Source: Histomonas meleagridis 2922-C6/04-290x
Lineage: Eukaryota; Protista; Parabasalia
DNA: 64,000 nucleotides
NCBI GenBank assembly: GCA_020184695.1
Contig: JAANOX010000253.1
Span: forward strand, 248,001-312,000
Reading direction: 5' to 3'
The notes under the pieces were generated by a model. The model had not been told where the DNA came from. It saw nothing but the letters and a program-made list of their open reading frames with translations, and did not search any database. The translations under genes were made by a program, and so were the position numbers. The stretch's first letter is position 1. Every line of letters begins with the position of its first letter. Below are positions 32,947-43,590 of the stretch, one piece after another.

Positions 32947-34947
32947 TCAGTAATTATTGCCGAACTTATCGAATTCCTTATCCTCATAGTAGTCATCATT
33001 TTCGTTGTACACCTGCACCTTTCCCATTGATTTCCTTCTCCACAAACCAATGATTGGTGTTAATATTCCTCCTATTACGAAGAATATCACGCCCATTAAC
33101 CAATAAGCCATTCCGTCAGTGAAGTGTACGCATAAACCATTTTTTATTGGTGAGTAAATACATTTAAATTCGGTACATTTGATAGAGTTAAATCCATCAT
33201 TGACAATAACTTTAGCCTTATCTATTAATTCATTACCTATTCCAACAACTTTATTTTTGGTTGTATCAATAGTAACTATAACATCATTGACATAATTTGT
33301 TACAACTTTCATTTTCTCACCAGTTTTAGTTAAGTCTTCATCATGTTTATCAATCGATTTATCTAAATTATTAAGTTGTATAAGTGTTTCTTCATCATCT
33401 TTATATTTAATACGTAATTTATCAGTGTTTTCTTCATGTTGAAATATAATGTTATTACTTGTGAAAACTTTACTCCAAATATTACCTTCACTAAAATTAC
33501 GTAATTGTTGTAACGTATGTGAAAATGTACTTAAGTCAAAGGCATCAGTCATTTGTATGACAACTTCATCAAGTCCATTTAATACTGATTGATAATCAAA
33601 TAATCGTTCAAGGCCCATTTCGAAAATTGGTCTTTCGACTTCGCATACTAACATTGAAGTAAAATTATTACTTGGAATTCCAGTTGCATTACCTGCAATG
33701 TTACCTAATGTTACATCTAATGATTGACAATTATCATTTAAGACAAAGAATAATAACCCAAATATTGCACCGGGTATAACAATAAAGATATCTAATAATA
33801 TCCCAATTAATGAAAATCGTCCCATTATACATCGTGAAAAACAATTGTTACAAAAGAAAAAGATGAAAAATATGATCGAAAATAATATAATGAAAATGGT
33901 GGCAACAATTGAAACTAATGAGATATATGGCTTAGCAATATGAATATAGTGGACAAATGTGCTCACATAGCCTTGTAACGTCGAATTGATGTCATAAATT
34001 CCATTTATTTCAGATGAAATACTTTTTTCATATTTCGATATCTCATTTTGGGCTGATTGAATATTGTCAGTAATGGTCGTTTGCGCTTCTTTAGAGATCT
34101 TCGTAAGGTCCCCGGCATTGTCAGTGAGTTTACGTGTGATTTCTTTGATGCCTGGTGCTGTTACGGTTAAACTTGTATCAATAAAATTAAGATCAGAAAT
34201 ACTTTGCTTTTTTTCGAAGTAGCCGCGGACTGCTTTGTAATCTGGCTCAATTGTGGGAGAGTTTGACTTGAAATAATTGGTATAAGTATCAAGATAATCA
34301 CTGACGGCAGATGCCACATTGGAAACTGTGGATGCTTGAATAAGTATGTTGACAAGAGTGCTTAAGTTTTTGTCAATTTGTACTAATGAATAATTTATGA
34401 GATTAAAACTATTGTCGGAAATTGAATTTGCGGCATTGGCAACGGTTTCAATGGTATTCGAAATGTGCGTAGGCTCTGAAGTAAACTCGTTAAGACCTTT
34501 GAGGATGGAAACAACAGCTATAAATGTTAAAATTGCAGAAACAATTAGTAAAACAACAGAAATTAAAAGAAAGAAAACTTGCATACATGTTTGCTTTTTG
34601 CTGTTTTTTGGCCTACAGCAACAACATGATACACAATTCAGAATAATGTAGTATAGAAGCATTAATACAAAAAGTACAAGAAGTACAACTGCAAAACCAG
34701 CTTTTCCATACAAATATGGCATGAGATCATCAGAGTTGAAATTTGATAAGTCAATCGAGTCAACTGTGGGAAAACCTATAATTCTTGCAATTGATAATGA
34801 AGGTGTACCGATTTTTATTATTGAATCTTGGAGAGGACCCGGTGTTGCAAACGAACATCTTTCCTCACTTCGAGCATTGCTCCAAAAGAGGAACAGAAAG
34901 CTACAAAAAAGCATTGAACGCACGTTACGTAAACTTTTGTTTAACAC
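32947..34947 (-). CDS. Prominin-like five-TM glycoprotein
   Basis: Signal peptide, TM1, Cys-rich loop (CVSCCCCRP), TM2, large loop, TM3, CNNCFSRC, TM4, large loop, C..IY.PI..GLC...W, TM5; this is prominin topology. Confidence 0.7.
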   Translation of the reverse strand: MLNKSLRNVRSMLFCSFLFLFWSNARSEERCSFATPGPLQDSIIKIGTPSLSIARIIGFPTVDSIDLSNFNSDDLMPYLYGKAGFAVVLLVLFVLMLLYYIILNCVSCCCCRPKNSKKQTCMQVFFLLISVVLLIVSAILTFIAVVSILKGLNEFTSEPTHISNTIETVANAANSISDNSFNLINYSLVQIDKNLSTLVNILIQASTVSNVASAVSDYLDTYTNYFKSNSPTIEPDYKAVRGYFEKKQSISDLNFIDTSLTVTAPGIKEITRKLTDNAGDLTKISKEAQTTITDNIQSAQNEISKYEKSISSEINGIYDINSTLQGYVSTFVHYIHIAKPYISLVSIVATIFIILFSIIFFIFFFCNNCFSRCIMGRFSLIGILLDIFIVIPGAIFGLLFFVLNDNCQSLDVTLGNIAGNATGIPSNNFTSMLVCEVERPIFEMGLERLFDYQSVLNGLDEVVIQMTDAFDLSTFSHTLQQLRNFSEGNIWSKVFTSNNIIFQHEENTDKLRIKYKDDEETLIQLNNLDKSIDKHDEDLTKTGEKMKVVTNYVNDVIVTIDTTKNKVVGIGNELIDKAKVIVNDGFNSIKCTEFKCIYSPIKNGLCVHFTDGMAYWLMGVIFFVIGGILTPIIGLWRRKSMGKVQVYNENDDYYEDKEFDKFGNNY

Positions 34948-35398
34948 TTACGTTCTATCAAAAACTTGATCCTCAGCCAATTTATTTGGTGACAGAAAAT
35001 TTTCAAAAGTATTATATAGTTTACATGAACATAAAAAATTCAAAAAGCTGTTTGTTAAATTTTCGGTGAAAAGTTTCTAACTTGTTTTATTTCTTGTCTA
35101 CCAAAAAAAATTGATATCAAAACTGTAGAAATTGTTATTAAGTATGCTTTAATTGTTGATTTCAAAATAAAAATTAAATATAAGATAATTGAAAAGAAAA
35201 AAATAAAATTTTATCCGAATGGTTAATATCAAATATTTCTTTATAAAACTTATATCATAACATTTATTATGCTGATTATAAATTTTGCATTTAAATAAAA
35301 ATTAATCCTTTCGATTGATAGGTTAATCACACATTTTAATTGTTATTTTGGGGCACCCTTTGACTAAATTATAATTAATTTTCACTTTTCCTCAGACA

Positions 35399-38300
35399 AT
35401 GGGAACAAACCAAGAACAATCTGAAATTAATTATATACAATCAATTCACCAAATCATATTTAATCTAGAAAATGAAAATATTGAATCATCAGTCCAAACA
35501 ACAATGCAATACTTTGATCAATCAACCCCGATATCATTTAATTATATCATATGTCATTGCATTTACTCATCTTTTGTGTCCCAAATCAAGGATACAATGA
35601 TATATATTAATTATTTAAAAGCACTTGAAACAAAAGAGGAACATATTTTAAATAAAAATCCACAAATTTTTAATATTTTTGAGCAATATTTAAAGACCAA
35701 AAATATATATACTGGAGAATCAAATTATCTTCTTGCAGAACTTAAAGAAGCCGGATTAATAAAAATGGATTTTTTTATTCATGGATATGATATGAATTTA
35801 TTTAAAATTCTTAAGGAGAAAAACTTTGAAGAAGCAAAAAGATATATTAACAAAAAATATTCAAATAATAATCGAAACTTTATAGAAATCCCATCAGATA
35901 TATCTATTATAATTCAAAATGATGATGTGGAAAAGCTCCAAGAAATTGCATCACAACCAAACTTTGATTATAATCAAAATATCAAACAATATGTATATGA
36001 GAAAGGAATTGTTAATGATGGAAATACTTCATTAATTAATTATAGTGCATTTTATGGATCAATCAAATGTTTCAAATTTTTAATGTTAAATGGTAGTAAT
36101 TTAACAGATGTAGGGAAATATGCAGTTGCAGGAGGAAATATAGAAATGGTTCATCTTTGTGAAAAAAATATCATAAAAATTAAAGAATTATTTGAAGTAG
36201 CAATAGAATTCACTCGAAATGATATCTTTCATTATCTATATGATAAAAATCCAGAAGAGATAAATGAAAATAACTTAAATGATTTATGTATAATATGTAT
36301 TCAATCTGATAATTATGAAATTTTCTCATTTTTGATTGAAAAAGGACTTAAAATTAATAATAAAGTTATCTCAGCAATAATCACATGTGGAAATTTATAT
36401 ATATTAAAGTATGCTATAAAAGGAAAAGAATTCCCGAAAGAATCTTTAATAAATTCCGTCATTTCCAAAAATATAGAACTTGTTGAATATATTCTAAAAC
36501 AAAATGTGATTGATATTAATGAGAAAGATATATATTTATTTTATATGAGATTTATTTTAATAATTTTATATTTCAAAATAATATTTGGAAATTATTTTAA
36601 ATATTTCAAACAGCACTTATGATAGCATCTCAAAAAGGTGATATAGAAATAGTTCAATTACTTCTTGAACAAGAAGGAATTGATATTAATGCTAAAGATA
36701 TTTAATTGTTTTATTTAAAATTTATTTTAATAATTTAATATTTCAAAATAATATTTGGAATTTATTCAAAATATATTACACAGCACTTATAAGATCATCT
36801 GAAAATAATAATATAGAAATAGTTAAATTGCTTCTTGAACAAAAAGGTATCGATATCAATGCTAAAGAAGTTTATTTAATATATAAGGTGTTTATTTTAG
36901 TGTTATCTAATATCAATATAATATTTGGGATTTTTTAATATTGTATAGAACAGCTTTAATCTTTGCAGTAACAAAAGGTATCGAACTTGTTAAATTACTT
37001 ATTAATAAAGGAATCGATATTAATGCTGTGGATATTTATTTATTTTATAATTAATTTTTTTAGATAATATAATATTTCCTTAAAATATTTCATGTTTTTT
37101 CATTATAATTCAAACAGCTATATCAGTATCTTTATCAACAAATCAAATCAACGTATTTAAATTACTTCTTGAGCAAAAAGGAATAAATCTAAATGATAAA
37201 AACGCTTATTTTATTTATTTAAAGTCTATTTAACAAATATTCAATTTCAATATAATATTTGGAAATTGCTTTAATTTTTTCAAACAATACTAATGGATGC
37301 TTTATCTCATATTAAAATTAATAAGACTGAATTTAATAAAAAAGAAATTGTTAAATTGCTTCTTAAAAATAAAGGAATTGATGTCAACATTAAAGATTTT
37401 TATTGTTTTTAATTAATGTTTATTTCATTGTTATAATAATTGAAAATATTTTTTGGAATATATAAAAATTAATTCATACAGCTCTTTATTATGGAATGGG
37501 AGCTACAAATGAAAAAATTGAAATCTTTAAGGAATTTCTTGAAAGTAATAAATTTGATATATATGCTAAAGATAATGTTTATATCAATAATTTGATATTT
37601 CATATTAATATTTGGATATTTTAACTAATATATGAAACACCATTTATGTATGCATCAAGAAATGGTTATACGGAAATAGTTAAGTTACTTCTTGAAAATG
37701 CGAAAATTGATTTAAATGAAAAAGATATTTCTTGAATTCACATAATGATTTTATAAATAATTTAAAATTTCTTCATAAAATATGGTTTTCATTCAAATGA
37801 TTTAAAACAGCACTTATTTTAGCATGTGAATATGGCAAAACGGAAATGGTCAAATTACTTCTTGAACAAGAAGGAATTGATATCAATGCACAAGATATTT
37901 TTTTATTTTATTTAAATATATTTTTATTAATTTGAATTTTATTTATAAAATATGGAATTTATACAAATAATTTAAAACAGTTTTAATGTATGCAACATTT
38001 TGTAAAAAAGAAATAGTAACATTACTTCTTAAACAAGAAGGAATTGATATTAATGCTAAAGATGTAAATTTATTTTGTTTAATGTATATTTTAATAATTT
38101 AATGATTTAAAATATTATATGGAAATCATTAAAAATATTTGAAACAGCACTAATGTATGCATTTCAAGATGATAAATTCAGAATGATTATATTTTCAAGT
38201 GATGTTAAAAAACTACGTATCGAAATATTACAATTACTCCTTCAACAAAAAGATATTGATGTAAATGCTAAAGATATTTTTTTATTAAATTTAAAATTTA

Positions 38301-38616
38301 TATTAATAATTTTCTGTTTTAATATATTATTTGGTAATTATTTAAATGATTTCAAACAGCACTTATCAAAGCATCTAAAATTGGAAAAAAAGATGTTGTT
38401 AAAATTCTTCTAAAACAAAAAGGAATTGATATTAACGCACAAGACAATCAAGAAATGACTGCAATATTAAGGGCTTCCGAATATAATAAAAATGATGTGG
38501 TTAAACTTCTTAAAAGACAAAAGGGAATTAAATACAATGAAGATAAACTTAATGAAGTTCGCAAGGTAAATCCAATGAACTATGGATTTGGCTTTGGTTT
38601 TAATAAAGGCTTTTAA
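35399..38616 (+). CDS. DUF3447/ankyrin-repeat gene B, interrupted by 11 non-canonical spacers
   Basis: N-terminal part 35399-36529 is paralogous to gene A (MGTNQ vs MGSNQ; YSAFYGSIKCFKFL; YAVAGGN). Then 11 stop-free ankyrin modules; the last contains an uninterrupted repeat (INAQD-NQEM-TAIL) and ends ...GFNKGF-TAA at 38616. About 817-828 aa if spacers are removed. Confidence 0.8.
36530..38355 (+). repeat. Ankyrin module plus spacer array (11 spacers)
   Basis: Spacers at 36530-36609, 36700-36779, 36870-36949, 37034-37113, 37204-37283, 37398-37477, 37574-37636 (63 nt), 37727-37806, 37897-37976, 38064-38143, 38276-38355. Confidence 0.92.
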
Positions 38617-39131
38617 AAACAATAATTTTACAAAACTTTTCCTATTATATAATAAATAAAATTAAATTTCAATTTCATGAATAATAGCTTTACTGAAAAC
38701 CAATTAGGTTTCGAAAGCTATAGACAATATTTTCTTTAAATACATATTAAAAACAAACAAACAACAGTTAAAATTACATTAAACAAATTGAGTATTTAAC
38801 CAATTTTGAAAACCATTAATTGGTAAAACTTGATAACTTTGCATGAAAGCTTCTTCCCTAGCTAAAAGAAATTGTATTTAAAAAATTTAAATCAAAAAAA
38901 TAATAATGAAACAAATATTGATTAATAATTTTTTCTGAACAATTTTTTTTACTTTGTTAAATACAGAAGCTGTAAAAAGCTAATAAATTAGCGAAAAGAA
39001 ATTTAATCCAAAAGTAATTAACTATTGGGAAAATGTAATTTTTGGATTTTTTGAATTATCGGGAAAGTTTTGAATATAAAAGTGACGAAATTGGATAAAA
39101 CGGTCTCCAAAAATAATTCATCGTTTTGCCA

Positions 39132-39707
39132 ATGACTAAAATGACCCAGGTGAAGGTCGTCATTGTAGGAGATACAAAAGTAGGGAAAAGTTGTATACTT
39201 AGCAAATACGTTCAGGGTACATTTGATAAGAATTTACCAGCGACAGTCGGCGCAGCTCTTCTTACAAAAGTTATCCAGACACCAAATGGATCAGTTCGCC
39301 TTCAACTATGGGACACAGCTGGCCAAGAAAAGTTCAGAGCACTTTCTCCTATGTACTACCGATCAGCAGATGTTGCAGTTCTAGTTTATGATATAACATC
39401 AAAATCAACTCTGGAAGCTCTGGAAGATTGGTCAGCTGAAATTGCAGATAAAGCCCCGCCCAATATTAAATTAGTTGTTATAGGAAATAAGAATGATTTA
39501 GAAAAAGAAAGATGCATATCATTTCAACAAGGAAAAGAAATTGCCAATCAACTCGGCGCAACTATATACGGTGAAACGTCTGCAGTGACAGGTGATGGCA
39601 TTAATGAAATCTTTGGTAAAATTGCTCAATTAGATTTTACCCAAGATATCGTTATTCAAACCCAAACGCCAGTTACTAGACCAGAAGAGGGCAACAAGTG
39701 CTGTTAA
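39132..39707 (+). CDS. Rab-family small GTPase (Rab5/21-like)
   Basis: GDTKVGKS, WDTAGQEKF, MYYRSAD, GNKND, ETSA, C-terminal CC; first ATG at 39132. Confidence 0.95.
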   Translation: MTKMTQVKVVIVGDTKVGKSCILSKYVQGTFDKNLPATVGAALLTKVIQTPNGSVRLQLWDTAGQEKFRALSPMYYRSADVAVLVYDITSKSTLEALEDWSAEIADKAPPNIKLVVIGNKNDLEKERCISFQQGKEIANQLGATIYGETSAVTGDGINEIFGKIAQLDFTQDIVIQTQTPVTRPEEGNKCC

Positions 39708-39832
39708 ATGTTTCTCACTTCAAACGCCAAAATTTTCAGAATGAAAAACAGATTCTAAACTGTCATTAAACAAAATATCAAATTTTTGATTGTTTTTCTT
39801 GATTTATTGTTCACTGTTTTTTTAATGGACGT

Positions 39833-41733
39833 AAAGTTTCACAAGGAACTTTGTTGTGACAGCCCTGCCAACGAATTGTCTGATAAGGAAAGTGACAGTT
39901 GATTAAAACAATAATAATCATTCACAACTTGATATTTCGGAGAACAAAACAGAAATTTTATTGAACAAATTTATTTTTTGATGGCATTAAACCATTAAAA
40001 ATCATTTTAAAAAATAATATTTTTGATTAAATATTTTTGATTAAATATTTTTTATTTATTTTTTATTTTTTATTTTCTCGTGTTGTTTTACATGGACCTG
40101 TCCATTCAGTTTCAAAGAATAAGAATTCTTTATTATCATCAATTTCTTCATTCCGATTAACAATTGTTGGTGGAACTTTATCTGCCAACCAAAGTGATGT
40201 TTTCCCAATTTTATGGAATGGGATATTAGACATAATTTTTTTGGGAACTTATCCATCATCGTAGTAATATTAACATCTGTAATTTGTGCCAATTCATTAA
40301 ATCCTTGAACAATTATCGCTGCCACAAAGTATGCTAACCACGTTTGCGGACATGGCGAACAATTTAATTGTAACCAAACTGACCAAATGTCACTAAATGA
40401 TCGTTTAAATAATAAAACAAAATCGGAATAACACCATAAAAGTTCTTTAAGTGAATTACGTCGCATCCAAATAGCTGCAAGTGGTGATACTTTACAAATA
40501 ATTTGAAAAATAGTTTCTGCTTGTTTTTTACATTGTTCTGTAACATTAGCTAATAATTTAAAAATGCTAATAATATTGGAACAAATAAATCATTCATACC
40601 TTGAAGATATCCAATCGGTGGATTAAATATACAATATGTACGTAATAGTTGTGTAACCATTTTAAGTCCTTCTGCATCATTATCTTTAAATGCTAATAAT
40701 TGGCGATCGGTACGACTAACATCATGTTTAATAACTCGAAATGCAGATGAAATTCGTTTATTATTATTAATTTGATCGGGTGTAAGTTTTTCAACTTGAT
40801 TAACTAATTGTTTATATTCTTTACTTAATTCTTTATCAAGTTTTTCTCGTTCAATAGTAGTACTATTAGATGGATAAACTCCAAATGCAAATGGTAATGC
40901 TTTATTTAATATTTCAGTATCAATACCTGCATGAAATAAACGTAATTTAAATTCTTCAAAATTTTTAATTCGTCCTTCTTCATCAAATAAATTACCCCAT
41001 TCTTCACTCGTAATTTTTTGATATTCTTGCCCAATATGATCTGAATATTCATCAATTTCTTCTAAAATTCGTTTATGATTAGCTCGTGCTGCTTCAGCTA
41101 ATGGAAATTGTGGATCTCGTGGTAATGTATCACTATTATCTAAATGAATAATTAACGTTAAAAAGAAACTATGTAAACAATCCCAAAATTTTTTAAGATC
41201 TTCTGGAAAATTTTTTGTAGAAGGTTCTGATGAAGTATCAAAACCTAATTGAATATGTGGTGGTGTATATGGATAAACTCCTCGATGACATCGTTTATAA
41301 AATTGTAATGAATATGATTTATCTGCTGATGGAACTGCAATACCATTAATTAAAAGTTGTTCAACTAACTCTGTAACTGAGATAAATTCCATCGGTTCAT
41401 ATGAAAATCGTCGTTCTTCACCTTCATTATATCCATAAATTGTTAATGAAAAATCTTCATGAAGTTGTAAAAGTTTAATATGAACACACTCTTGTTTAAA
41501 ACTTTTGTTAAATTCCCATGATTCTTCTGATTCTGTATTTTGTGTTTGTTGCATAACTGCTAAATGATGCATAGGTGAACCACTAATGGGTGTCCAACTA
41601 ATCATAAAAATTTCATCAAAACGTGATAAAACTAACGTACCATTAGATCCTCCTGTTTGTCCATTGGTTTTATCAATGGTTGGTTCAATAGTACAAAGTT
41701 GAAATCGCCTTGCTCCACCTGCAAAAGTCATCT
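39833..41733 (-). repeat. Left arm of ~1.9-kb inverted duplication
   Basis: Reverse complement of 43591-45413; identity ends at AAAGTTTC (39833) and at -2 from the ATG (41733). Confidence 0.95.
40056..41731 (-). pseudogene. TBC-domain Rab-GAP (TBC1D15/17-like), copy 1, disrupted
   Basis: IKHDVSRTDR and GYLQGMNDL TBC motifs; 393-aa ORF ends at a ~121-nt deletion (40550-40560); +2 A in a homopolymer near 40236-40242. Confidence 0.85.
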
Positions 41734-42129
41734 TGTTTGGTTTGGCTATCGGTGGAAAAATTGCTAACGGCAGTTATTATCTGTCACAATCGGATGTTCC
41801 TCCTGTTTTCCAATTTAGTATGTATATCACATTTTTCTAAAACCTAACCACAAAGGTTAACATAATAAAATTACGAATTTCATTACTCTTTTCTGATATG
41901 ACGATGTTAACAATTTGCTCAATCTGTCTAAATTAGAGCGGGAATTTTAAATATTATCAATAACACAGCTATTGATGAAAGACTTAGTAATATTTTGGTA
42001 AATAGTTTTTTCTAATTTCTTCAACAAAATTTTTTTTATTAGAAAAAATTATTAAAAAAGTTTAAGCTAAGGTAAGTGTTATCATTAATTAACATTATTT
42101 TAAATATAAAACATATTTGGAAAAAGGCT

Positions 42130-43273
42130 CATGAAAACAACAGCTTATTTAAAGCCAAAGGAAACAACCAGTTCAAAATATATGTTTCCTTTGTCTCCTC
42201 TTGAAAATCATGTGGGGTCTAAATTTCTTTGTGGTGATGTCATGTGTAATGGTCTTTGCCCAATTCTGTAGATAGATTTCATAATGGGTCTGTTTCATCA
42301 AATCATTCAATATGTTATCCGACACAATTTTCAGTTTAGTGTCATAACACTGGAAGCAATGTAGGAATGATTTTTATCACTGGGTCCATTTTTGTTATTC
42401 CATATATATTTTTTATACTTTATTATTGTTATCATAAGCAGCAAATCCTCAAAAACTTTCCTTTTTCTCGAATGTACATTCTCTTTTCCTTTTCCCTTGT
42501 ATCTCTATTTTATTTAAGCGCGACAACATTGTGATATCACAATTAATTTGTTATTTAACATTAGGCTCTACAATGTTTTTTACTTTTTTCTGTATATATA
42601 TCATGATTTTTCTGTTTAAGCTTTTTCTTCGTTATCCATTTGCTGACTCATACAAGTCGCCATATTTACCAACCAATTTTTTAATTCGTCCTAAAGCTGT
42701 CACACTTGAACAGCTCCAACATGCTATAACTAAAGTAAGAATGGCACTGCCAGCATTTTTAGTTAAAGGTGCAAATGTGAAAACTTATGAATTGGAATAA
42801 CTGACGTGGTAAGAAGAAGGTTCAGACATTCAACATCCGTCCAATGTTCCGATTTTTACATGCTTTTCAATTGAATCAACAAGTTATGTTTAATTATAAT
42901 TCACTGTTAATCATCGCATAGGACAAACAACTTATAAAATTGTTACTAATGTTGATGCGGAATATGAACCAATGATTTTAATGAATGGAAATGATAAAAC
43001 TTTTGAATTACTTAACAAAAATATATACGAATTGATTATTTGATTTCATTGTTGTTTTCATTTGATTTCCTTTTGAACCTTATCTATTGGGTACAATCCG
43101 ATTTTGTCCAAATAAAATGTATAAAAAATGCGTCAACAAAAGATGACTTGCGTACAAAGTATTGCGAAAAGGATATTAATGCATCTGTAAATGTGCAATA
43201 TGATAATGAGTTAATTCATATAACATATACAGATCAAATTTATTCGGAATCAAACCTAAATCCGGTACAATAA
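42130..43273 (+). pseudogene. Fragmented membrane-protein-like coding remnant between the inverted arms
   Basis: Short protein-like segments in shifting frames (MIFITGSIFVIPYIFFILYYCY; FLRYPFADSYKSPYLPTNF...; ORFs 42531-42800, 43040-43273) separated by stops and frameshifts. Confidence 0.4.
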
Positions 43274-43590
43274 AAGTTTGTTTTTATTTATCTAAATCAT
43301 AGATTTTTGGATAATGCTTTGATTAATATTTGAATATATTTTGCTGTATATACATTTTTAAACATAATATGAAAGGACAAAATGATGTTTAAAGTATAAA
43401 TTTATTTTTCTATAAGTTTACTAAAAAATTAAAAATTTATTTACTTGCTAACCTTTGTTTAGATATATACGTCCAGTTTGATCATAATACGAACGAGTTA
43501 TCGAAAAACGAAAAATCATCATTCGGACGGTTGGTCATTTATCGTTTTCGGTTGAGATTTGAAGCGATTCAACCGTTATAATCAAATTTT

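Noticed and set aside
25392-38355. Ankyrin spacers as ordinary GT-AG or AT-AC spliceosomal introns (ACAG follows most spacers; AT starts most)
   Set aside because: GT starts only 3 of 25. AG is absent where the codon after T is Ser/Ile/Pro. Cutting after ACAG deletes the conserved Thr. AT..AC cuts from the spacer start do not restore the frame, and there is no ATATCC or ACTAAC consensus.
25392-38355. Simple -1 ribosomal frameshift at T-TTA-AAA near the spacer end
   Set aside because: The heptamer is present in only some copies, and many spacers have upstream-frame stops before it.
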